IMG/VR virus record: IMGVR_UViG_3300028549_000940
Location: 1 to 60,797 of that record
From: a virus
Reading direction: 5' to 3' (one strand)
Length of the DNA: 60,797 bases
Shown here: positions 1-9,230 of the stretch, in pieces
Numbering within the stretch: position 1 is the stretch's first letter
How the letters are laid out: every line of letters starts with the position of its first letter
Program-made: the position numbers and the translations under genes
The notes under the pieces: generated by a model
The model's input: only the letters and a program-made list of their open reading frames with translations
Told to the model about the DNA's origin: nothing
Databases searched by the model: none

Positions 1-157
1 ACAAAGTTAGGGTGGCACAGCACAAAGCATCGCACCCGATTGAATGGATATTAAAAAGCAACTTTACTTTTAGACAGCAAATAATTTGGGATAGGAAAAA
101 TAGCCCTGCGGTTGCACCGATTAGATATTTGCCTAATACAGAGTTGATTTTTTGGCT
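1..157. repeat. Terminal direct repeat, copy 1 (identical to 60641..60797); marks circular closure or permutation of the genome
   Basis: Read directly: bases 1-157 match the last 157 bases of the window base for base. Confidence 0.95.
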
Positions 158-461
158 GACTAAAACACCTTGCCAACCTAACTTTGAAAGAGCAAAATCA
201 CCTTTATTTGTTGGAGAAGTATGGCAATTTTCGGCTAAACCTAATCCGCTTCATCCTGCACCGTTTCCAGAAGAATTGCCAACTAATATTATGATGTGTA
301 TTAAGGATAAAACCGAAGATTTTGTAGTGTATGACCCTTATGCTGGAACAGGAACTACCTTAAAGGTGGCGAGGTCATTTGGACTTAAATACTTTGGTAG
401 CGAAATAAATTCAAACTATTGTCGATTAGCTAACGAAACTTTGAATGGAACGCTGTTTTAG
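1..461 (+). CDS. Same DNA methyltransferase, 3' part (bases 1-157 duplicate 60641-60797); the joined gene is 261 codons
   Basis: C-terminal AdoMet motif I VVYDPYAGTGTTLKVA..YFGSEIN. The order motif IV then motif I indicates beta class. Stop TAG at 459-461. Confidence 0.85.
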   Translation, partial: KVRVAQHKASHPIEWILKSNFTFRQQIIWDRKNSPAVAPIRYLPNTELIFWLTKTPCQPNFERAKSPLFVGEVWQFSAKPNPLHPAPFPEELPTNIMMCIKDKTEDFVVYDPYAGTGTTLKVARSFGLKYFGSEINSNYCRLANETLNGTLF

Positions 462-537
462 CATTACGCCTAACGGTTTGCGGCTTTGCGTAGTGTCGAT
501 TAAGAACTACGAATTATAAATTTAAAACAAAAGTAAA

Positions 538-792
538 ATGAGTGCAAAAAACATCACTGAAAAACTAACTAAGGCATTACGCAAAGCCGATGTTAGCAGC
601 AGTTTTATTCCGCCCGATAATGGCGATGTGCGTTGGCAAACAGGTTCAGAAACATTTACAAGAGAAGAAGTTGCTTCGCTGCTATGGTCGCAAATTGCAA
701 TGATAAGCAATGACCTTAAATCCTGTTGTGGGAAGGACTTGACACCAGATATGTATGCAGTAATAGATGGCCCTCGAATACCAGAGTTCTAA
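538..792 (+). CDS. Hypothetical protein (84 aa)
   Basis: ATG ORF in a same-strand run of small genes. No recognisable motif. Confidence 0.5.
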   Translation: MSAKNITEKLTKALRKADVSSSFIPPDNGDVRWQTGSETFTREEVASLLWSQIAMISNDLKSCCGKDLTPDMYAVIDGPRIPEF

Positions 793-842
793 AATTGCTG
801 CTAACTCCGAAATAAACCCACCTTCACCAAGGATTAACTACC

Positions 843-1058
843 ATGGCTACAATATACAAACCCATTGAAATCAAGTTCGAGATAGTAGGCTTTGAAACCT
901 ACGGACAAGCGGATGATGGTAAGGTTTATAACATTAAAACTAGTAGAGAGATACACTCTGTCTTAAACAACGGATCAATAGGCTTCTGGTTTGGCAGAAA
1001 GTTCAGGACAGCAAGCAAGATCAGGAAGCGGGTAATTAAAAGTGATTGCCCGTTCTAA
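843..1058 (+). CDS. Hypothetical protein (71 aa)
   Basis: ATG ORF in the same-strand cluster. No recognisable motif. Confidence 0.45.
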   Translation: MATIYKPIEIKFEIVGFETYGQADDGKVYNIKTSREIHSVLNNGSIGFWFGRKFRTASKIRKRVIKSDCPF

Positions 1059-1092
1059 GCAGTAAGTTTAACCCACAGTAAAACAATATACC

Positions 1093-1383
1093 ATGAAGCT
1101 CGGAGATGCAGTTAAAAAACTAAGAAAGGAGAAGTGCCCACACTACACGGCCAAGGTCTTCGCCAAAAAGATAGGAATCTCGAACAACTACCTATCCTCA
1201 ATTGAGCACAACAGCCGAAAGCCAAACATAGTGGTAGTAGAGCGAATTGCTGACTTTCTCGCGGTGCCACTTCCAGTCCTATTCTGGTTTGCCGTGGAGG
1301 AAAGCGACGTTCCGGAGGAAAAGAGGCAGCACTTTAAGACCCTAAAGGGGCCGGTGGATGCGATGATTAAGGAAATGTTTTAG
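1093..1383 (+). CDS. XRE-family helix-turn-helix protein (96 aa)
   Basis: KKIGISNNYLSSIEHNSRKPNIVVVERIADFL matches the XRE/Cro-type HTH pattern. Confidence 0.7.
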   Translation: MKLGDAVKKLRKEKCPHYTAKVFAKKIGISNNYLSSIEHNSRKPNIVVVERIADFLAVPLPVLFWFAVEESDVPEEKRQHFKTLKGPVDAMIKEMF

Positions 1384-1403
1384 CAATCTTTATAAGTTGA
1401 ATC

Positions 1404-1757
1404 ATGGAACTAGTAAGAAAGATAGAGACAAAAGAATCCTGCCCAAGCGTTTCGGCATGGTATGACACAAACAAAGACCGGCTATACTATTTCGCCCAAA
1501 AAGAAGTTTGGAGTTGCCGGGATGATAGGGTAAGCGAAGAATACCCTTCATGGTGGCTAGAAACCAGCCCTTGTATCACCAAAAAAGATATTACCGGATC
1601 GGAAGTATTTGTAATGCGCAGAGATTGGTTCAGGGAAGCAGACAACGGGATAGATAGAGCAACCCTCATAGCAGAATGCCCAGCTTGTGGCGATACCGTA
1701 GTATTCAACGACGGGTGTGTAAATTGTGATGCAGTATTTAACTTTGAAAACGACTGA
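1404..1757 (+). CDS. Hypothetical protein with C-terminal zinc-ribbon-like CxxC..CxxC (117 aa)
   Basis: CPACGDTVVFNDGCVNC lies near the C-terminus. Tightly packed with its neighbours. Confidence 0.5.
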   Translation: MELVRKIETKESCPSVSAWYDTNKDRLYYFAQKEVWSCRDDRVSEEYPSWWLETSPCITKKDITGSEVFVMRRDWFREADNGIDRATLIAECPACGDTVVFNDGCVNCDAVFNFEND

Positions 1758-1758
1758 A

Positions 1759-2325
1759 ATGAAAACGAAAGAGGAAATACTACTTCCAGTCTTAGGAAAC
1801 ATTCACCCATCAAACTATAGTGCGCTGCTTGATGCTATGGAGGAATACGCCAAGGCATACTACGAAGATAAAAAACAGCCAAGCGCTCCGGTAGTTGATC
1901 GAGATAACTACGATTACTTGAGAGGGTTCTCAGATGGATACGGAGGACCAGAACCACACGAATGTTTCCCTGAAGGGTTTAAGGATATAAACGAGGTCAT
2001 GGATCGAGCATATGAATTAAAACAACATAAGAGTCAAGAGACATTGCTAAGTCCAGACATGTCTTTGTTCTATATGGAGAATATTCAGAAACACCACGAA
2101 GATAAACCAGCGACTCGATACTTTAATGTGAGTTATGTTTTTAATAAGAACGGACTTGGTTACGGTAATACAAACATAACTGCAACCGGAGACAACGGGC
2201 CTTATATGGAAAAATTAAAAGTTCTTGAGATTATTTCAGAATCATCCGGGGCCACGGTTGACAGCATTATAATTTCAAACATCATAGAGATGAACGAATC
2301 CGATTACAAGCAATGGATACGATAG
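1759..2325 (+). CDS. Hypothetical protein (188 aa from ATG 1759; the ORF is open from 1726)
   Basis: In-frame ATG at 1759 sits 2 nt after the upstream stop (1755-1757). No motif recognised. Confidence 0.5.
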   Translation: MKTKEEILLPVLGNIHPSNYSALLDAMEEYAKAYYEDKKQPSAPVVDRDNYDYLRGFSDGYGGPEPHECFPEGFKDINEVMDRAYELKQHKSQETLLSPDMSLFYMENIQKHHEDKPATRYFNVSYVFNKNGLGYGNTNITATGDNGPYMEKLKVLEIISESSGATVDSIIISNIIEMNESDYKQWIR

Positions 2326-2771
2326 ACATAAACGGCAGAACCTACGAGGTAGGTGTTGATTTAGCATCCGGAAAGGACTATTCCAGAATAGCTATTGTTG
2401 GACATATCGAAAGCGCAGAAGCCAGAACAGTAATATCGGCATTGAAGGCAAAAGAAATAGATGTTGTCTGTATAGAGATGAGCCGCGAAAACATGGATAT
2501 ACTTTCTGGTCGCACCGAGACAAGAGTAAGCGCCTCTCCCGAAATGGTGGCAGCGTTAAATAAGGCGAGTATGGATTATCCAAAGGTTATATGCCTCGGA
2601 CATATAGATGAGGAAACAAAAGTAGTTCCACCAATGCCTCCATCTGTTAAGGAGATTCCATTCACGGCACGAGAACCGCTACTAGAACCATACTGTCCGA
2701 GAAAGAACAATAACGAGCCTTGGTATAGCAGATGGACAACAAGCGAGGCAAACGGAAGAAGCGATAGATAA
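2313..2771 (+). CDS. Hypothetical protein (152 aa)
   Basis: ATG ORF that overlaps the upstream gene end by 13 nt. Confidence 0.5.
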   Translation: MDTIDINGRTYEVGVDLASGKDYSRIAIVGHIESAEARTVISALKAKEIDVVCIEMSRENMDILSGRTETRVSASPEMVAALNKASMDYPKVICLGHIDEETKVVPPMPPSVKEIPFTAREPLLEPYCPRKNNNEPWYSRWTTSEANGRSDR

Positions 2772-2799
2772 AATATTGAGGACAGTAAAATAACCCACC

Positions 2800-3015
2800 A
2801 TGAAAAAACTAATCGTAATCATCTTTGTATTCCTATCAGGATCTTGTTTTGCTCAAACCGACTACAAGAAGGAGTTCAAGACAGCAGATAGTTTATTCAC
2901 TAAAATGACTGACTCGCTAAGGAGTAACCGAACCATCTTTGTGACGAAGGTAAAGAAGGATACGGTTGCAGTAAAGCCGAAAACTAAAGTTAAACCGATC
3001 ACTAAAGTTAAGTAG
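2800..3015 (+). CDS. Small secreted or lipoprotein-like lysine-rich protein (71 aa)
   Basis: N-terminal signal-like MKKLIVIIFVFLSGSCFAQ. C-terminus has VKPKTKVKPITKVK repeats. Confidence 0.5.
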   Translation: MKKLIVIIFVFLSGSCFAQTDYKKEFKTADSLFTKMTDSLRSNRTIFVTKVKKDTVAVKPKTKVKPITKVK

Positions 3016-3016
3016 C

Positions 3017-3463
3017 ATGACAAAGGAAGAGTTAGCCGAGATAATAACCGGCAGAGATAGAAGGGAAGAGCTTGCATTCTTCTACAAAGAGTTGGTAAAG
3101 AAAAGCGGTCTTGTAATTATCTACGGAGCCAGTGACGATATTATAGAGTTTGATGGATTTATCCGGGACGAGATTGGAGCATACGAAGGAACCGACTTTA
3201 TTATTGCAATGCCGGGTGACGAGATACCGGTAGACGAAGAGGAAGAAACTTACCGTAAGGTAAAAGTATTAACACCTGTTGCTTTAAATAGAAAACAGGT
3301 AAACGAAAAAAACTTTTTTCAAGCCTTATGGTCTCCAGAGGAGTTAGATTGCTCTTGGCTTATTACAACTACGTTACCTCATGCACCTTTTGACATCATG
3401 GAAGATGGTGAATTGTTTTGCCGAGGAATGGTTATTGATATTAAAGACTTGCAAGCCAAGTAA
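3017..3463 (+). CDS. Hypothetical acidic protein (148 aa)
   Basis: ATG lies 1 nt after the upstream stop. Last gene before the bidirectional terminator. Confidence 0.5.
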   Translation: MTKEELAEIITGRDRREELAFFYKELVKKSGLVIIYGASDDIIEFDGFIRDEIGAYEGTDFIIAMPGDEIPVDEEEETYRKVKVLTPVALNRKQVNEKNFFQALWSPEELDCSWLITTTLPHAPFDIMEDGELFCRGMVIDIKDLQAK

Positions 3464-3494
3464 TTGTAAATATTTAAGCGTTAATAGAGAGAAA

Positions 3495-3526
3495 TAAAAA
3501 AGCCTACATATCCGTAGGCTTTTTTC
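3495..3526. terminator. Bidirectional rho-independent terminator between convergent genes
   Basis: AAAAAAGCCTAC-atatcc-GTAGGCTTTTTT: a 7-bp GC-containing stem flanked by an A-run and a T-run. Confidence 0.75.
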
Positions 3527-3547
3527 GTAAACTGTTTACAGATAGCA

Positions 3548-6244
3548 CTATCTAAGTTTTTGATTCATTCGCTCGTTTGTATCGAACTCAACCCCAAGTA
3601 TTTCGGCTGAATACATTCTGACACCAGCAACAACTATTTTAACCGCTCTCCACTTTCCGGGAATATGCCCAAATAGAACTTCTGAAACCATACCACCAGA
3701 ACCGAGCATAACCTTTTTCCCCGCGATCATTCCCCACTTTGAAGCATCTCCGTTGGTTGCGAGAACAGCAACTATAAGGCAATTTGCAGTGGCACCCTTG
3801 GTGAATACTTCCACCTTTAGCCCACTGATACCGGTTAACCCTTTTCCTGCGAAAATTGGGCGTGTTTCAAGCCTAAATGATTTTGCATTGGTGTTTGTTT
3901 TAGTTTGATCTACTTCAATAATTTCCGAAGGGTTGCTGGTTGGAATAGCCAAGATGCGGGAGTAATCGTTCAGTATTGAGATGTATCCTCGGTTTTTGGC
4001 ATACCAGGCTTTCGAATCCAAGCCAAAGGTGTAGGTAAAATCTTTTACGCGATTGTAGACGAGGAGTTCGTTGGTTTTTGGATCTATTGCCAGCCTCGTG
4101 CCCTGCAAAGCGATGTAGTCAAGCATGGAAGTTCTGTCTACTGGTATCGGTGTCCCGGCTGGAACGGTGTAAAACATTCCGGCCAAAACTCCATTCAGCT
4201 GCGCGTTGCTATCCAGCGAAGTGTCACAACTGGCTACTAGCGGAATGGAAAGGTTTGTTGATTGTCTTCCGGACAAAGCAAATATGCCGTGCTTGGTTTT
4301 AAAGAATACTGCTGCAGAGTTTGAAACTAAGTTGTCGTCCATAGCCACATCAGAAGTCATAGGAACGATCGACTGCACAAAAACTTCTCCTCCTCCTAAC
4401 TCAAGCGCCCAAACTCCGTCACCTGTAAAAACTATTACCGGATACTGACCGAACTGACCCGTTGAAGTTGGTTCGGTGGTTGCGGCCATCGCCACGACTT
4501 TAGTTGTGCCTACGTTATACGAGTAGCGTGCAGGGAATAGGTAAGGGTTTCCAGTTTCAGAAGCTTGAACGCGGTTGGTGTCGGTGATGGTAGGGTTGTA
4601 TGTTGGTTCTGGAATAACAGATGATAGCGTAGATACCTCCTTGAGTGTTTCTATCACATTTAACGGTCTAGTATAGTAGGCTATATTAGAAGTTTCTGAT
4701 GGCTGTAGTTTAAAGGAGTCTGCCAGTAGGTATGTATCTGTTAAGATGTTGTGTAAAATAATGTCCATAGCATACGCCCTGCTATCCGGGTAAACGATTG
4801 GATTGTTAGGTAATCTCAACCAGTAAGTAGGCCCTCCGGTATTGTATAACTCAATAGCAGCTGGTATAGTTCTAATAGACAACTGCTCGTCTGATGTTTT
4901 TAGCTTAAATATGCAGAAGACTTCGTGGGTAACACCAGACGGGGTAAACATGAGCACATCTTCTGTCTTCAGATTCTCCCCATACAGCTTAGTGGAGATA
5001 TGACCAAGTAATAACCGGTTATTGTAAACGAAAGATGTCTTTGCAGAAATAGTGTGTCGCGCCAAGTCTGTAGGGAACTGATCCTGCTGCTCAATAGTGT
5101 TGTAGTTGCACTTTGGCACATCTGTCCATGTCTCAGATATCGATTCAATGGTTAGCGATCCTACCTTATACAAACCAATCCACTTATACCAATCGCTAAC
5201 ATCAGCGTTGCCAGAAAAAAACGAGTTCTTAATTACCTTTTTTGCAACATCTTCGTAGGATAGGTATTCTTCACGATGAAGCAAGCGCTGTATGCCTGAT
5301 CGTTTGCTCATGTCTGCCGTTACTCTCGATTTCTCAGCACCATACTCCCACTTCCTAGATACAACAGGGGATGCGAAAATGGCTATACCTACAATCTTAC
5401 CTACTGCTGCCATAGCCGAAATTGTTTCATGTGACGCAACGCTCACCTGCAGCTTTCCAGGTCTGTAGTTTTCTATTTTAACATACTCGTGAGAAACTCC
5501 TGTCGTAGTTATTTTTACAGTGGTATAATCCGCAGGGTCTAGCGTTCCAATACCTGCACTGTCCGGGGATAGAGCTTGGTTCCCGTTGCCCATGTATATA
5601 AGCTGCGGAACCGATGGCCTATAGTATGACCCATCGTATAAAACAAATGCCGCAGATACAAACATCCACCCGTTAACCTTCCCGTCGGTTTGCCAATCGT
5701 TAAAGTATTGATCGACAGTAGCCTTTACGGATGCGTAGTTGTCTACACCTCCCGTGTTGGTCATGGTCATATCGTTGTTTAGCGTATTAATATCGGTAAC
5801 GTTTTGAAATAGAAATTTTACTGCCTCTGTCTCGTCAAGGGTGACGTTCTTGTAGATGGCGGTGGTGATGTTATACTCAAAGTATTTCATCTTAGCCTGT
5901 TCTCCGGCAACGCTGGTAATAACTACCAGGATCGCTCCCATCGCTTTCATGGTCACATCGAACTCAGCCCCTACAAATATAGTTTTAGGAGTTTCGTTTC
6001 CTATCCAGTAGTGCAGGTCTCCCGTTTGGAAGTTGTAGGCTGTAAAAACTTTAGCCGAGTCTATGGTGTGAATGAATACATCATCAAACTCGTGCGATGA
6101 AACAACAACCGAGTCGTTGTCAGAGGTGGCTACCCACGCGCCGTTCTCCAACCTCATCCCTTCTATGTGCTCAAGAGCGCCATCTGCTGTTCCGGCCATC
6201 GAAAGGCTTCGCGCCATGCCGGGAAAACTAATCCTTTGCCTCAT
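3548..6244 (-). CDS. Large protein of unknown function (898 aa); possible virion, tail or nozzle component
   Basis: Long uninterrupted ORF, translationally coupled to the upstream 161-aa gene by a 17-nt overlap. Beta-rich composition. The function is inferred only from size and from the promoter motif it shares with the terminase operon. Confidence 0.55.
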   Translation of the reverse strand: MRQRISFPGMARSLSMAGTADGALEHIEGMRLENGAWVATSDNDSVVVSSHEFDDVFIHTIDSAKVFTAYNFQTGDLHYWIGNETPKTIFVGAEFDVTMKAMGAILVVITSVAGEQAKMKYFEYNITTAIYKNVTLDETEAVKFLFQNVTDINTLNNDMTMTNTGGVDNYASVKATVDQYFNDWQTDGKVNGWMFVSAAFVLYDGSYYRPSVPQLIYMGNGNQALSPDSAGIGTLDPADYTTVKITTTGVSHEYVKIENYRPGKLQVSVASHETISAMAAVGKIVGIAIFASPVVSRKWEYGAEKSRVTADMSKRSGIQRLLHREEYLSYEDVAKKVIKNSFFSGNADVSDWYKWIGLYKVGSLTIESISETWTDVPKCNYNTIEQQDQFPTDLARHTISAKTSFVYNNRLLLGHISTKLYGENLKTEDVLMFTPSGVTHEVFCIFKLKTSDEQLSIRTIPAAIELYNTGGPTYWLRLPNNPIVYPDSRAYAMDIILHNILTDTYLLADSFKLQPSETSNIAYYTRPLNVIETLKEVSTLSSVIPEPTYNPTITDTNRVQASETGNPYLFPARYSYNVGTTKVVAMAATTEPTSTGQFGQYPVIVFTGDGVWALELGGGEVFVQSIVPMTSDVAMDDNLVSNSAAVFFKTKHGIFALSGRQSTNLSIPLVASCDTSLDSNAQLNGVLAGMFYTVPAGTPIPVDRTSMLDYIALQGTRLAIDPKTNELLVYNRVKDFTYTFGLDSKAWYAKNRGYISILNDYSRILAIPTSNPSEIIEVDQTKTNTNAKSFRLETRPIFAGKGLTGISGLKVEVFTKGATANCLIVAVLATNGDASKWGMIAGKKVMLGSGGMVSEVLFGHIPGKWRAVKIVVAGVRMYSAEILGVEFDTNERMNQKLR

Positions 6245-6713
6245 CGTCCTTAATTATTACGTTGTTTTGAATAAGCTGCTGATTTAATTGGTTGAAGAAG
6301 TTCACGGTTGGAGGTGTAACTCCCCCCTGCGCTGTCAGGACTTCGTTCACAAACCGTCCTATGTTGATTAGCTTGTTGATGTCGTTGGTATCGGCTATCT
6401 TACCCTCTAACTTTGCAAGAATAGCCATCCGCATATTTTGAGCAACCTCTACATAGTTTACCTTGGCGATTGCCACCTCTTTCACTACGGCCTCTCTGAT
6501 GGATTCAAGCTCGTTCTTTCGCTTCTGGTCACAGCCTAGGAGTATGTGCCACTTCCTGATCGTTACCTTGCTTACGCCAGTCTCTCTTTCGGTCTTGTTT
6601 GCGTTGTAATCGTTGGCACGGTAAAGCTCCACGACCTCAAGCTTGCTCTTGAGGTCATATTTAACCGGCTCCTTCTTGGCTGGTTTCCTTACGGGTTTGG
6701 CTTTGACTGTCAT
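6228..6713 (-). CDS. HTH-containing small protein (161 aa); terminase small subunit-like or regulator
   Basis: Basic N-terminus, then NKTERETGVSKVTIRKWH (HTH-like), then a helical C-half. First gene of a leftward operon. Confidence 0.5.
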   Translation of the reverse strand: MTVKAKPVRKPAKKEPVKYDLKSKLEVVELYRANDYNANKTERETGVSKVTIRKWHILLGCDQKRKNELESIREAVVKEVAIAKVNYVEVAQNMRMAILAKLEGKIADTNDINKLINIGRFVNEVLTAQGGVTPPTVNFFNQLNQQLIQNNVIIKDDEAKD

Positions 6714-6748
6714 AACGACAAAAATAGACTATATAAAGAGCAAAATAA

Positions 6749-6779
6749 GTATAACAAAAACCAAAATAGGTTTATCATA
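6749..6779. promoter_or_regulatory. Bipartite motif GTATAACAAAAAC-N11-TATCATA, copy 1, in a divergent intergenic region
   Basis: The same two boxes with the same 24-nt offset recur at 28586..28616. This copy lies 36 nt upstream of the leftward start at 6713. Confidence 0.5.
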
Positions 6780-6833
6780 TAAGGGTTATATTTAATCTAT
6801 TACCTACACTTGCCTAAACAATATATTCAAGGT

Positions 6834-7412
6834 ATGGCAATAGGTGGGGTATTAGCAGTCGCAGGGATAGGGATGAGTATCTACGACAGGATGAAGAGCG
6901 CCAGCGCTAACAACAGGGCACAACAATACCTAAGGAATCAGAAGAAAACCCTAAACGATTATCTATACGGGGAGCTTTCCAAAAATTATATGGACTCGAA
7001 CGAGGGTCAATCTGCCATCAAATCCGTTCGGGACAGCATTACCAAGAACAACCGCTCGGCAGAGAACTCTGCAGCCGCATCCGGTGGAACGGACGAATCA
7101 AAGCTAGCTGTAAAAGAAGTCAACGCAAAATCCTACGGAGACACTATTGCGAATATGGCTACTATGGCCGAACAGCGAAAGGCAGGGCTAAGGGGACAGC
7201 TTATCGGAGCCAACGGAGCCTACGACAGCCAGATAGCAGGGTTTGATAAGGACAGAGCAGAGCAGATGTCAAACGCTGCCGGAAACGCAATTAGCACCGC
7301 CTCTTCTGTTATTGCTGCCGACGGAAAGGGGGCTTTTGACAAGTATGACGACAAGGTAAATAAGCTATTCAAGTGGGGGAAATACAGTCCCGACTATAAA
7401 CCAGAAGAGTAA
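6834..7412 (+). CDS. Membrane-anchored Q/N/A-rich protein (193 aa from ATG 6834; alternative TTG at 6810); possible internal virion or ejection protein
   Basis: N-terminal hydrophobic helix MAIGGVLAVAGIGMSIY. First gene of the block that ends with the portal. Confidence 0.55.
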   Translation: MAIGGVLAVAGIGMSIYDRMKSASANNRAQQYLRNQKKTLNDYLYGELSKNYMDSNEGQSAIKSVRDSITKNNRSAENSAAASGGTDESKLAVKEVNAKSYGDTIANMATMAEQRKAGLRGQLIGANGAYDSQIAGFDKDRAEQMSNAAGNAISTASSVIAADGKGAFDKYDDKVNKLFKWGKYSPDYKPEE

Positions 7413-9220
7413 TGGGAATCACTAAAGATAAAGCACCAGCCATAGCAGACACACCAGCCCCAACACCCGCAGCCGTTGATCCTGCTATGTTTACCCCTGA
7501 GACGCTTGCCCTCAAGCTTAAAGAGCTTGGGCTTAACGATCACCGAGCGCTTAACAAGACAGCGGCCCAGATGAATAAGGTCGGAACGATCATAAGAACA
7601 TACACCGATGCTAACCCAGCCGCATTTGCTAAATACGTAAGGGTGGAGAACGGACAGGTAACCGGAAGAAACCTAAACCTTCTGGTAAACGACATACTCC
7701 CTGCCGAGCAAGAGTTTGGTATGAGCGGAACCGGATTATCAAAGCACACCATCGATCCGTTCCAGTGGCAGGACCCAGACCCAAAGGAAGGTGAGACGTT
7801 TGGAGAAGGTGGGATTATTAAGCCGGTTGCTTCTAACGCTGGTATAGCCGTAGGACAAACCCACGAAGAAGGTGGAATAAAGATCGGGAAAAACGAGGTA
7901 GAGAACAACGAAACCCTCGTAAATGATGGAAAAGATATAAAGGTTTACTCCGACAAAAGAGGCTATGCCGATCAGGCGAATAAGCTGGTTGCTGAAAAGG
8001 GACAGCTAGAAAAGGCTATTGAGGGTATTGACTCCAAGCTCGACAACCTGTTCAACCAGCAGGAGAACTCATTTGCAGATGGCGGGAAGTTTCCTGTTCC
8101 TGATGAGTTTCCAATCAACGGAACACCAGAGGAACAACGCGCTTGGATGTGGGACTATCCTGACCCTGTAGCGGACATTAAGGCAACACCAGATCCTGTA
8201 TCTTTCAGCGAAAAGGTGAAAACAGATGCAAACAGCAAAGCAACATCCGAACTTGTTAACTCAGTAAAAGAATACAGCTACAAAGAGCCGGTAAAGGTAG
8301 TTCCAAAGCCGACCTATCACGAGCAGCTACTCTCTCTTGTTGAAGAGCTAAAACCTACGCCAGACAAGAAGCAGGAAACCAACCTAAAGAGAGCCGCGAA
8401 GTATCAGGCAATAGCAGACTTTGTAAGTGTATTAGGGGATTCGTTCTACGGGGCGAAGGGTGCAAAGATTAATCCAAGAGAACCCGGCGTTACCGGTTCG
8501 CTAAAAGCCTTGCAGGACTACTACGACAAGCTAGCAAGCGGAGAGGCTACGTATAGAAGCACCAAAATTGGATTACTCTCAAAGCTGGCAGATAAGGCAG
8601 ACGCTAAAGACGCGCTTGCAGAAGGAAGAACATACCAAGAAGGCAGGGACAAGCTGAAAGCCGATGCCGAGGATGAAAGGTTTAAGGCAAAAATTGCAGC
8701 TGACGAAAAGGCTTTAGGCAGAAAATTAACAGCGGCAGAGAAAATTGCAGCGAAAAGGCTTGCTGCACAAAAGAAGGACAAGCCAGACAAGGGAGCCACG
8801 AGATACGGAGTTATTTCCGACGGAAAAGAGTATGGGTTGACCGCCGCTCAGGTTTCTAACGTAGTGGGAGAGTTTACCAAGAAATACACAGGCATACTCA
8901 CCAACAAGGACGCAAAGACACCGTTCCCCACAGAGCTTCTTCCTGTTTTAAAGCAACTGCTACAGGGTGGAATGTTGAGCAACATGGGCCAACAAATGGA
9001 GCTGATTAACCGATTTGCGAAGTATGACCCAGCGATGAAGTCATTAATTCAATCATACGGAGGAGAGACATCTACTACTCCAAAGCAGGACGACACCGCC
9101 CCAATTGCTCCTGACTACAGTATGCCCGGAAGCAACGAAGCCTACGTTTCACCCGGACAAGCCGCCTTGACAGAAGAAGAATTGCAATCAAAGATCGACA
9201 ACCTCGACTTCAACTTTTAA
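7412..9220 (+). CDS. Putative internal virion or ejection protein (602 aa)
   Basis: TAATG coupling to the upstream gene. K/A/E-rich helical C-half. Lies directly upstream of the giant gene. The function is inferred. Confidence 0.5.
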   Translation: MGITKDKAPAIADTPAPTPAAVDPAMFTPETLALKLKELGLNDHRALNKTAAQMNKVGTIIRTYTDANPAAFAKYVRVENGQVTGRNLNLLVNDILPAEQEFGMSGTGLSKHTIDPFQWQDPDPKEGETFGEGGIIKPVASNAGIAVGQTHEEGGIKIGKNEVENNETLVNDGKDIKVYSDKRGYADQANKLVAEKGQLEKAIEGIDSKLDNLFNQQENSFADGGKFPVPDEFPINGTPEEQRAWMWDYPDPVADIKATPDPVSFSEKVKTDANSKATSELVNSVKEYSYKEPVKVVPKPTYHEQLLSLVEELKPTPDKKQETNLKRAAKYQAIADFVSVLGDSFYGAKGAKINPREPGVTGSLKALQDYYDKLASGEATYRSTKIGLLSKLADKADAKDALAEGRTYQEGRDKLKADAEDERFKAKIAADEKALGRKLTAAEKIAAKRLAAQKKDKPDKGATRYGVISDGKEYGLTAAQVSNVVGEFTKKYTGILTNKDAKTPFPTELLPVLKQLLQGGMLSNMGQQMELINRFAKYDPAMKSLIQSYGGETSTTPKQDDTAPIAPDYSMPGSNEAYVSPGQAALTEEELQSKIDNLDFNF

Positions 9221-9230
9221 ACGATAAGCC

